This document shows positions 1 through 9,400 of a DNA stretch of 64,000 bases, piece by piece. This DNA is from Spirochaetia bacterium (GTDB taxonomy: Bacteria; Spirochaetota; Spirochaetia; UBA9216): positions 1,824,001 to 1,888,000 of the forward strand of contig OY776510.1 of assembly GCA_963675665.1 (NCBI GenBank), in the 5' to 3' direction. The position numbers and the translations under genes are program-made. How positions within the stretch are numbered: position 1 is the first letter of the stretch; every line of letters starts with the position of its first letter. The notes beneath the pieces were generated by a model, which was given only the letters and a program-made list of their open reading frames with translations, did not search any database and was not told where the DNA came from.

Positions 1-330
1 AACATAGATCATATGGATTTTACACTGAACAGGATATTCGATTCGGTCTCGGACAAAATCAGGATTGCTCATGCAAAGGACTGTAAAAGAGCTGAAAACA
101 CGGTTGAAAAGCACGCTGAAATAGATGCATCGGAAGCGCACACCTTCCGCGGCGCCGGCGCTGTAGAACTTCCTGCACCGGGGACTGGCTCGCTTAATTA
201 TGAACTGTATTTCAGAAGACTATCAGAGCGGCACACGAATATTCCGATTATCATTGAACACCTTGAAGAGGATTATATTCCGACAGCCAAGAAGTTTGTT
301 GATGATACATTGAAGAAAGTAGGTTATTAA
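1..330 (+). CDS. Sugar phosphate isomerase/epimerase (TIM-barrel, xylose-isomerase-like) C-terminal part, truncated by window start
   Basis: HAKD, PGTGSLNY and IIIEH motifs typical of the family C-terminus; lies upstream of a sugar ABC operon. Confidence 0.7.
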   Translation, partial: NIDHMDFTLNRIFDSVSDKIRIAHAKDCKRAENTVEKHAEIDASEAHTFRGAGAVELPAPGTGSLNYELYFRRLSERHTNIPIIIEHLEEDYIPTAKKFVDDTLKKVGY

Positions 331-544
331 CATGGAAATAAACTGGAACAACGCCGTTCCGTGCGCGTTTAACCCATGCGGCAACATGGATTATTATAAC
401 GACACACAGAACAACGAAGTATTGGTACCTTCATTATAGCTGTTCCGGTTAATTAATTCAATCTCGGCTTCTCTTTGCACCATGTTACATGACGGATCTG
501 TCTGTATGCAGATGTCAGGAGGCCGGTATTCTCAGGAGGAGAAA

Positions 545-1600
545 ATGAAAAGAGCAGCTATCGTATTGATGATGGCGCTGGTAATGCTTGCCATTACCGG
601 AGGATTTGTTCTTGCTGAAGGTCAGCAGGAAAAAGCGGACGGCGGTTTTGTAATCGGGTTCAGTAACGGTTATATAGGAAACGGCTGGAGGACCCAGATG
701 ATCGATTCGGTTGAAGATCTGGGCGCTTTCTATAAGGGAAAAGGCTGGGTAGAAGATATTATCATTCAGAATGCGGGTCTTGATGTAAATACCCAGATCG
801 GACAGATTCGTAATATGATCGCAATGGGTGTTGACCTTCTTCTTATTGATCCCAATTCGGAAACAGCCCTGAACCCGGTTATAGAAGAAGCCTCCGATAT
901 GGGAATTCCCGTTATAGCGCTTGATGCACCAGTAACCAGTCCTGATGCAATAAATATTGTAATCGATCAGGTAAAATGGGGTGCCAATCTTGCTGAATGG
1001 TTCTGCAAAGAGATCGGCGGAAAAGGCGATATTGTAATCGTCAGCGGAATAGCGGGGCATCCTGCAAATGTTAACAGGCTCAGGGGCATGCATGCAGTCC
1101 TTGATAAGTATCCCGGAATAAATGTTCTTACCGAAGTAAACGGAAACTGGGACCAGGCAAGTTCGCAGCAGGTGGTTTCAAACCTTCTTACTTCCTATCC
1201 TGAAATAGACGGTGTTCTGACCCAGGACGGAATGGCCCTTGGTGCAGTTAATGCATTTATCGCTGCCGGCCGGGATGTACCTGTTGTTACCGGTGAGCTG
1301 ATGATGGGGTATGTAAAAAAATGGAAAGAACTTAAAGATTCAACCGGGTTCGCTTCATACGGACAGAATAACCCTCCGGGAATCGGCGCAACAGCTCTCG
1401 GTGTGGGCGTTAGAATGCTGATGGGAAAAGAACTCAAGGACGGACTTCTTGAAGACGGAAATTTCCTTTATTACAATGTTAAAGACCATGTGACAAATGA
1501 TAATCTTGATAAGTACTTTGATAAATATCAGTTTGAACCTGACGCATATTTTATTGACGAATGGATGGCTGAAGAAGAACTGGACGCATTGTTCAAGTAG
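545..1600 (+). CDS. Sugar ABC transporter substrate-binding protein (RbsB/CUT2 family)
   Basis: Signal peptide MKRAAIVLMM...LA after SD AGGAGG (start reassigned from 482); IGFSN, LLLIDP, GIPVIALD, GNWD motifs. Confidence 0.9.
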   Translation: MKRAAIVLMMALVMLAITGGFVLAEGQQEKADGGFVIGFSNGYIGNGWRTQMIDSVEDLGAFYKGKGWVEDIIIQNAGLDVNTQIGQIRNMIAMGVDLLLIDPNSETALNPVIEEASDMGIPVIALDAPVTSPDAINIVIDQVKWGANLAEWFCKEIGGKGDIVIVSGIAGHPANVNRLRGMHAVLDKYPGINVLTEVNGNWDQASSQQVVSNLLTSYPEIDGVLTQDGMALGAVNAFIAAGRDVPVVTGELMMGYVKKWKELKDSTGFASYGQNNPPGIGATALGVGVRMLMGKELKDGLLEDGNFLYYNVKDHVTNDNLDKYFDKYQFEPDAYFIDEWMAEEELDALFK

Positions 1601-1614
1601 GTTTTAAAGCGGAA

Positions 1615-1656
1615 AGCAGGTGTATTCAGTCTTTTTTTGGGCTGAAAACACCTGCT
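1615..1656 (+). other. Intercistronic stem-loop after the substrate-binding protein gene
   Basis: AGCAGGTGT..TTCAG pairs with CTGAA..ACACCTGCT; typical position for differential mRNA stability or partial termination in ABC operons. Confidence 0.6.
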
Positions 1657-1698
1657 GCCGTATTGCTTTTCTTAATCTATGATAAATGAGGTATTTCT

Positions 1699-3231
1699 AT
1701 GTTTCCACAGGATGAAATTCTGTTTGAAGCCCGAAGTATAGAAAAATATTTCGGCGGTGTAACCGCTCTTGCGGATGGAAATCTGAAAATATATAACGGT
1801 AGAATTTGCGGTCTTCTCGGGGCGAACGGTTCAGGGAAATCAACAATATCCAGGATTATTAACGGTATTTACCAGCCTAGCGGCGGCGAACTGCTTTACA
1901 GGGGAAAGCCTGTGGACATCAACTCGCCTGCGGCTGCTGCAGCAATGAATATAGCCATGATACACCAGCACCTAAGTCTTGTGCCCGAGCTTACCGTATG
2001 GCAGAACATCTGCCTTGGCATAGAAACACGTTCGCGAGCCGGTTTCCTGACAGATTCCGATTCGAAACGGGCTGCAGAGAAGGTTTTAAGAGAATTTTCA
2101 GATTCCATAGGTCTTGATGACCGGGTTAAGAATCTTTCTCCGGCTGAAAAGCAACTGGTAGAAATAGCCAAAGCTTTTATAAAAGAACCCGATATTCTGA
2201 TACTGGATGAACCGACTGCAGCATTGGAGCAGGAAGAGGTTAAAAAGCTTTTTACTGTTCTTCGGAGATTCAAGAACCGTATGGCAATGATTTTTATCTC
2301 ACATCGAATGTGGGAGGTTTTTCAGATTTGTGATTATATAACCGTTTTTAAGGACGGTAAAAGTGTAGGCGATATTAATTTCGGCACCGAGAAAAAGGAT
2401 GAGAAAAGAATAGTCTCCATGATCACCGGCGATGACGAAGGCTGCAGTGAGCGAGAGATTATTCCTGCTGAACAAAGAGTGAAAGAAACGCAGTTCAGGG
2501 TCAAAGGACTCTCTATAAAAGGACTGCTGCATGATATAGAGCTGGACGTTAAAGAAGGAGAAATACTCGGATTGTCCGGATTGCAGGGGCAGGGACAGGA
2601 AGAGCTGCTGCTTGCGCTTGCGGGATTTCTTCCATGTTCGGGTGAATTTCTGTTCAGGGGCGAGTCCATAAAGGTCAGGCATACGAAAGATGCAATAGCA
2701 AACGGAATAGTACTGGTGCCCGGCGAGCGCAATGAGGAAGGGCTTTTTGTGCAGCATGATATAAACACTAACCTGGTATTTCCACAATTCTCCGGAAAAC
2801 GGCACAAAGGTGTTTTGAAAACCGCGGCAATCAGGGAGCAGTCACTGTCTGTAATGAAAAAACTGTCTGTAGCTGCCCGTGATGAAACCCAGAAAGTGAG
2901 CGAGCTTTCGGGAGGAAATCAGCAAAAGGTTGTTGTCGGTAAATGGCTGGCTCTTGAACCGAAGGTCCTGCTTTTGTCGGACCCCGCAAAGGGTGTTGAT
3001 GTTCACGCAAAGGAAGAGCTTTACAACGTTGTGCGTGAGCTTGCTGAAAAAGGAACATCTGTTGTTCTGTTTGCCAGTGATAATACCGAGCTGATTTCCA
3101 TATGCGATCGGATTTGCGTAATGTTTGAAGGCTGTATTGTGGAAAATCTTGAAAACGACTGTCTGACGGATGAAGTTCTGGTAACTCACGCGCTTCAGGT
3201 CGGATGCAGACGGGGGGAAGATGATGAATAA
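1699..3231 (+). CDS. Sugar ABC transporter ATP-binding protein (two fused NBDs)
   Basis: Walker A GANGSGKST, Walker B ILILDEPT, second-domain signature LSGGNQQKV. Confidence 0.95.
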   Translation: MFPQDEILFEARSIEKYFGGVTALADGNLKIYNGRICGLLGANGSGKSTISRIINGIYQPSGGELLYRGKPVDINSPAAAAAMNIAMIHQHLSLVPELTVWQNICLGIETRSRAGFLTDSDSKRAAEKVLREFSDSIGLDDRVKNLSPAEKQLVEIAKAFIKEPDILILDEPTAALEQEEVKKLFTVLRRFKNRMAMIFISHRMWEVFQICDYITVFKDGKSVGDINFGTEKKDEKRIVSMITGDDEGCSEREIIPAEQRVKETQFRVKGLSIKGLLHDIELDVKEGEILGLSGLQGQGQEELLLALAGFLPCSGEFLFRGESIKVRHTKDAIANGIVLVPGERNEEGLFVQHDINTNLVFPQFSGKRHKGVLKTAAIREQSLSVMKKLSVAARDETQKVSELSGGNQQKVVVGKWLALEPKVLLLSDPAKGVDVHAKEELYNVVRELAEKGTSVVLFASDNTELISICDRICVMFEGCIVENLENDCLTDEVLVTHALQVGCRRGEDDE

Positions 3232-4186
3232 AAGAATTAAACAGTTGAAAAACAGTACCGTCTTTCCTGTTTTTGCAGTGCTTGTCCTGCTTGTAATAAT
3301 CAATGCTGTAATTCAGCCGAGATTTTTCAGTCTTGTTACCTTCAGGATTAATGCATCAACATTTACGCCGATGATTCTGGTGGCAATGGCCCAGGCAATT
3401 GCAATTCTACTGGGTGCGATTGACCTGTCGGTGGGTTCGACCATTACTCTTATTAATGTTGTGCTTGCGGTTATGATGAAGGATACAGGCGCAAGCGTTG
3501 TCCTGGCCATTGCTGCCGGCGTTCTAATCGGTATGGCAACCGGACTTGTTAACGGGCTGACCATAGGTGTTTTAAAACTGCCGGCAATGGTCGCCACCTT
3601 TGCGACTTCTTCGATATGGTACGGAATCTCACTGCTGATAATGCCGCAGCCCGGCGGGTATGTTCCGCCGTTTTTTTACCGATTGTACAGAAAGATGTTT
3701 ATTTTTATGCCGGCGCCCCTGCTTGTTGTGGGTCTTGCGCTGCTGATCTGGTATGTAATAACAAAACGAACGCTTTTCCGCTACATTATGGCGGTTGGAG
3801 GGAATGAAGCCGCAGCCGATGCCGCGGGAATTAATGTTATTGCAGTAAAAATGAAGGCTTTTATTGTCAGCGGAATATTCACGTCGCTTGCCGCTATAGC
3901 CATTACGTGTCAGGCGGCTTCCGGAGATGCCAGTATTGGGCAGCCGTTTACCCTTCAGTCTGTAGCAGCGGTTATAGTCGGCGGTGTGGCTTTCTCAGGC
4001 GGAAGGGGAAAGATGACGGGCGCCGTTGCCGGAGCCCTTGTGTTCGGTTTTCTGACGAATGTAGTATTCTTTGCAAATATTCCGTCGCTGTATCAGGATT
4101 TAATACGCGGACTGATAATTATCGCGGCCCTCGGTATAGCCATAATTCCCAATTTAAGAAAAACAATACCGGGAACGGAGGTCTGA
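3221..4186 (+). CDS. Sugar ABC transporter permease
   Basis: IDLSVG, AVGGNEAAA, AAVIVGG motifs; multiple TM helices. Confidence 0.93.
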   Translation: MMNKRIKQLKNSTVFPVFAVLVLLVIINAVIQPRFFSLVTFRINASTFTPMILVAMAQAIAILLGAIDLSVGSTITLINVVLAVMMKDTGASVVLAIAAGVLIGMATGLVNGLTIGVLKLPAMVATFATSSIWYGISLLIMPQPGGYVPPFFYRLYRKMFIFMPAPLLVVGLALLIWYVITKRTLFRYIMAVGGNEAAADAAGINVIAVKMKAFIVSGIFTSLAAIAITCQAASGDASIGQPFTLQSVAAVIVGGVAFSGGRGKMTGAVAGALVFGFLTNVVFFANIPSLYQDLIRGLIIIAALGIAIIPNLRKTIPGTEV

Positions 4187-4187
4187 T

Positions 4188-5162
4188 ATGAGTGAAAATA
4201 TTGGCAGAAACTACAGATTTTCCATAAGGCGACTAAAAGAAAACCGGGTGGCAATGGCTTATATAATAGCAGTACTTCTTTTTCTGCTTGGCGGTATCAT
4301 CAATCCGGGATTCCTGCATCCTAATCACCTTCTGAATATTCTGAGCCTTTCGTCCTTCCTTGGGATAGTTGTTCTTTCACAGACCCTTGTAATAATTTCC
4401 GGGGGTGAAGGTATTGATTTGTCTGTCGGTGCGATCATCTCGCTGAGTACTGTTATTGCTTCACAGATTATGAACGGATCCGACGCCATGCTTGTACCGG
4501 CTGCTCTGGCTGTTCTTGGAGTGGGGTTTCTGCTCGGCCTTGTAAACGGTGCAGGGACGGCATTTCTTCGGATTCCGCCGCTTGTAATGACCCTCGCGAT
4601 GTCAAGCGTTATACAGGGAGTAGCGCTTGTCTACACACAGGGGCAGCCGAAAGGAAGGGCGTCTGACCTTCTGATTGCAGCAGGATCCGGTCGAAGCGGT
4701 CCGTTTCCCAACATTCTGTTTATCTGGATTATTGTAGTAGCAGCTGCGGTTGTTATTCTGCAGCGTACACGTACCGGCAGGATATTATACGGAACAGGTG
4801 AAAATGATCTGACTGCGGAGCTGTCCGGAATCAGAACACGACGGGTACGTTTTCTTGTTTTCGGTTTCAGCGGTATGATGTCGGCTTTTGCAGGGTTATG
4901 TCTTCTCGGTTATACGGGAACATCATATCTGGATCTTGGCTCAACATATGTAATGCCGACAATAGCAGCGGCCGTTATCGGCGGGGTAGCTTTATCGGGT
5001 GGCAACGGTTCTTACCTTGGAGCTGTTGCCGGGACCATTGTTCTGACTACGCTTAACAGCATAATGATAAGTCTGAAATCGGGTGAAGGCGGAAGGCAGA
5101 TTGTATATGGAGCAGTAATTCTTCTGGTGCTTACAATATATTCAAAAAGGGAGAGACGATAA
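4188..5162 (+). CDS. Sugar ABC transporter permease (second)
   Basis: GIDLSVG, TGENDLTAELSGI, IAAAVIGG motifs; multiple TM helices. Confidence 0.93.
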   Translation: MSENIGRNYRFSIRRLKENRVAMAYIIAVLLFLLGGIINPGFLHPNHLLNILSLSSFLGIVVLSQTLVIISGGEGIDLSVGAIISLSTVIASQIMNGSDAMLVPAALAVLGVGFLLGLVNGAGTAFLRIPPLVMTLAMSSVIQGVALVYTQGQPKGRASDLLIAAGSGRSGPFPNILFIWIIVVAAAVVILQRTRTGRILYGTGENDLTAELSGIRTRRVRFLVFGFSGMMSAFAGLCLLGYTGTSYLDLGSTYVMPTIAAAVIGGVALSGGNGSYLGAVAGTIVLTTLNSIMISLKSGEGGRQIVYGAVILLVLTIYSKRERR

Positions 5163-5163
5163 G

Positions 5164-6414
5164 GTGAATCATAAAGAGAGAATACGTGCAGCATTAAATC
5201 ACAAACCGGGGCCCGTACCGATTGATTTCGGGGCTTTTCCTACCACCGGTATACATATCTCCATTGTAGAGAAATTGCGTGAATTCTACGGCCTGGAAAA
5301 ACATCCGGTTAAGGCCATTGAGCCGTACCAGATGCTTGGCGAAATCGAGGACGACCTGAAAGATGCATTGGGCGTAAGCACAAAGCCTGTCTGGGGACAG
5401 TGGACAATGTATGGGTTCAAGAATGAAGATTTCAGGCCGTGGAAAACCCCCTGGGGACAGGAAATCCTTGTTGCCCGTGATTTTGTAACAACTGAAAAAA
5501 ACGGTGAAATCTCAATATATGCCGGTGGTGATACAAATTATCCACCCGCGGCAATTCTTCCCGATGGCGGTTATTTTTTTGATTCAACAATAAGGCAGAA
5601 GCCTATTATTGAAAGTGAGCTTGATCCGGCTGATAATCTTGAAGAATTCGGGCTGATAAGCGCAGAAGATCTTGAATACTATAAAAGAACTGCTGAGCAG
5701 CTGGATGCCGACGATCGTTTTATTGTGGGAAATCTCGGCGGCACTGCCATCGGCGATATAGCCTGTGTCCCCGGGCCGATGCTTAAAGACCCGAAGGGAA
5801 TCAGGGATGTCACCGAATGGTATATGTCTACGGCAATAAGACAGGATTATATCCATGAAGTTTTTGAAGCACAGACAAATACAGCAATAGCAAACCTGGA
5901 GAAAATACACGCTGTGCTGGGAGATACCATATCGGTTGCCTATATGTGCGGAAATGATTTCGGAACGCAGAACGGACCTTTCTGTTCAAACAAAACCTTT
6001 CAGACACTATATATGCCTTACTATAAAAAGATGAATAACTGGGTCCATGCGAATACTGAATGGAAGACGTTTAAACACTCGTGCGGTGCAATAATGCCGC
6101 TGATTCCAGAGCTGATTGAATCCGGGTTTGACATTCTTAACCCGGTTCAGTGGACCGCAACCGGAATGGATATGACCCAGCTCAAGGACAAATTCGGTGC
6201 AGATATTGTGTTCTGGGGAGGCGGGGTTGATACCCAGCAGACTCTTCCTTTCGGAACGCCGGAAGATGTCCGCAGGCAGGTATTGAAAACATGTGAAAAT
6301 TTTTCAGGGAACGGAGGCTTTGTTTTCAATACTATCCATAATGTTCAGGCAAAAACTCCTGTTGAAAATTTTGTGGCAATGATAGATGCTGTTAAAGAGT
6401 TCAACGGGGAATAA
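5164..6414 (+). CDS. Uroporphyrinogen decarboxylase / MtaA-CmuA methyltransferase family protein
   Basis: N-terminal KERIRAALNH, DFGTQ, HSCG, FWGGGVDTQ..LPFGTPEDV, HNVQ motifs. Confidence 0.8.
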   Translation: MNHKERIRAALNHKPGPVPIDFGAFPTTGIHISIVEKLREFYGLEKHPVKAIEPYQMLGEIEDDLKDALGVSTKPVWGQWTMYGFKNEDFRPWKTPWGQEILVARDFVTTEKNGEISIYAGGDTNYPPAAILPDGGYFFDSTIRQKPIIESELDPADNLEEFGLISAEDLEYYKRTAEQLDADDRFIVGNLGGTAIGDIACVPGPMLKDPKGIRDVTEWYMSTAIRQDYIHEVFEAQTNTAIANLEKIHAVLGDTISVAYMCGNDFGTQNGPFCSNKTFQTLYMPYYKKMNNWVHANTEWKTFKHSCGAIMPLIPELIESGFDILNPVQWTATGMDMTQLKDKFGADIVFWGGGVDTQQTLPFGTPEDVRRQVLKTCENFSGNGGFVFNTIHNVQAKTPVENFVAMIDAVKEFNGE

Positions 6415-6454
6415 TAAAAAACCGCCGAAGGCTGGGCGCCACGGCGGTTTTTTT
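6415..6454. terminator. Bidirectional rho-independent terminator
   Basis: AAAAAACCGCCG...CGGCGGTTTTTTT between convergent genes. Confidence 0.8.
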
Positions 6455-6482
6455 ATCATCTTGTTTCTTTATACTAAAATAT

Positions 6483-9400
6483 TTATTTTGAGTTTATAAG
6501 CTCTTTTTTCTTTTCCTCATCGTTCATCATTCCTGCAAGCCCTGACGAGTAAACGGTGTCCGAATCTTCAACAAGGTCCTTGATGTCCATATCATGCTTG
6601 AAACGAAGCACGTTCAGCATAAAAATGTTCAGCTGGTTCAGGATGTTGGGAGGAAGCTGGTTGCCGTCTACCTCAACAGACATTGTCGGAAAGTTCCTTT
6701 CGCGGGCCCATGGAGTATAGATTCCCTGAATAACGCGTCCGATAAGACAGGCGAAAGGCGATATATTGACAACGCCGGAGTAGCCTTCTTCCATTGCGGT
6801 TGCAGCCGAGCCTGAAGATACTGCAATCTCGGAGTTAAGTTCAAGGTTAACGAAGTTGTCTTCAACAGTCTTCATTATCCTGTTCATGTCGTGCGGCGCG
6901 GAAGGTACGAGGTTGTTAACATTAAGCGCATGAAGAGCTTTGTGTTCCATGGATGCTTTCCATTTCTTTTCAATCTGATAGTACACCCAGGTTCTGAATT
7001 CTTTTGTAAAAGGTCTGAGAATAACCGGTTTAAGCTTTATTCGTTTCTTGATATCGTAATCGCGGACAAAATCTGTGTAATGAATCCATTCGGCGATACT
7101 CGAAACTTTAGCAATTATTCCCTTGTTGGCAAAGTTTTCGATCAGTTCGTCTACAGCAAAGTCGTCCCGCCTTACGAATATTTCACCTACAATAAGGACC
7201 TTCGGGCACTCAAGCGGGTTTTTCTTAAGCGGTATTTTTGCCATTTCATGGCCCATCTGTTTCAGCGCCGGATAGAGAGAATCAAGGTTATCGCCTACCG
7301 ATTTAACTACCTTCTTCCAGGATTTCTTGTATTCAATCATCGCTGTTTTCGAATTTTCGGCACATGCTCTAAGTGTAGTCTGCATATCTTTCAGATAATC
7401 TGTTGCAGTTACTGCTTTCCAGACGTACTGTGAAAAGCCGGGACCGAGTTCATTGTACGAGTTGTCGGCGCTCAGCGTAAACACAACTATATTATCAATC
7501 CGGAGATCCTTGAAGAGGTTCTCATAGAACACATAATACTGCCCTGTCCGGCACGGGCCGGTTGTAATCGGAACGAAGAGAGCATAAATCTTGTCTTTTC
7601 TGTATGCAGGCGAGGCCATGAACTTAAGCGCACCGCCGAGAACAAGCTGTGAAGGAACACATTCCTTTCCGGACATGTAATTTCTTGCATGCTCAAGGGT
7701 TTTTGCATCGGCTACGGGCATTGACCGGGCATTGAAACCCTGTGCGGTAAGCGCTGCGGCAACAAGTTCGGATGCAATCTCTCCCATGTTTGAAACAATC
7801 AGCTCAACACGGTCGTTGTTCATAACCGGGATTTTTTCGCCTGTGTTGATGTTCTCAATAAACAGGTTTCCTTCGTTTTTGAATCTCAGACCGTTGTCGT
7901 AGCGTTCCTGCTCGATATTTTCGATCTTGCTTCTGTACCCGTCGATAATATCAAGGAAAGCCTCAACACGTGTATCAATACCTGCATCGGCGCTGTGTGA
8001 ATCAAGTTCGAGGACCAGGAAGGGTTTTGTTCCCATTATCCACTTGAGATAATGGAGCATAAAGGAGTCAGGCGCACATGAAAAATTGCTTATCCATGTT
8101 GCATATATATTATCTTCCTGTTTGATCATCCGGGCGGCTTTCATGTCCTGCTGACCGTAATACCAGTACATATTGTCGTATATTTCTTCATTTTCAAAAG
8201 GAAGAATGTCATATGGAATAACTGTAAAATTCTTTGATGTGAATTTTTTCGGAATGCCCATGTTTGCTTCACGGGTGAAAGCGTTGTACGGACGACCGAG
8301 GAGCGCAATAACCGGTTTTTCACTCTTGCGTGCAAACTCAAGCGCTTCAAGTCCGAGTTCTTTCAGTTTATGCAGAAACTCTTCCTGCTTCTGAACAGCG
8401 ACGCCAAACGCTTTTTTTATCTCGCTTTCCGAAATATCAAGCTGTTTACCGAGTTTCTGGAAAAGCTCAAGCGCCTTGTCGCGTCCGAATTTAAAGGAAA
8501 CAACAAGTTCGAGAATCTTGTTTTCTGCAATTTCCGGGAATGCTTTCTTTATGTAGTAAGGCAGACCCTGCGTTATGGGACAGAAATTGGCATGCACGTC
8601 GGCTTCATAGGAAGGCATATCGCGAAAATGCGGCAGGAAGATGTAATCACATCCCTTGTCTATAATGTCCTGGACAGCACCGTGAGCAATTTCCGAAGGA
8701 AAGCAGTATGTGCTTTCGCATCTGGCAACGCCGTCATGTGCGATTTTATCCGAGAGAACTGTTTTGATTCCCAGCGTATGGAAGAACCATGAATACAACG
8801 GGTAAAGTGTATGAACCGAGAAAGCCCGCGGGATACCTACGGTATAATCACGTTTTTGAACGAAGGTTTCAGGATCGGCGGCACAATCAACGAAAAGCAG
8901 ATCTGATCGCCTCTGTACAAAATCGGCCGTATCTGTGGCGGTCTCAATCTTTTTCCGGCTGTTTGTGTATTTTGAACAGCGTCCGCCGAACATGTACTTG
9001 TGGCCGTTGACCTGCAGCACCTGTATGGGACAGTCGTTTTCACAGGCCTTGCATCTGAATTCCTTTTCGTAGACAATTTCGGTATTGAGGATCGCATCAA
9101 GATCGTAATCAGTTTTTTCAAGCAGTCCGTCGGCATATTTCTGCTTTGCAAGCAGACCTACGCCGAAACATCCCATCAGTTCGGGCGACGGCGGAACAAG
9201 AATTTCCTTGCCTACCATCATTGCAAAAGCCAGTGGAATAGCCTTGTTTTTTGCAACTCCGCCCTGGAGGAAAATTTTGTTTCCTATTGTTCTGTTTCCG
9301 ACAACCCTGTTAAGGTAGTTTGATACGATCGAAGTAACAATTCCGGCGGTAATGTCCTCGCGGACAGCTCCCTGCTGAATTGCTTTTCTGATATCGGAGT

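Noticed and set aside
2950-3010. Non-canonical second Walker B (LLLSDPAKG) in the ABC ATPase
   Set aside because: The second NBD of CUT2 ATPases forms the degenerate site; its Walker A is also degenerate, while the other composite site is intact.
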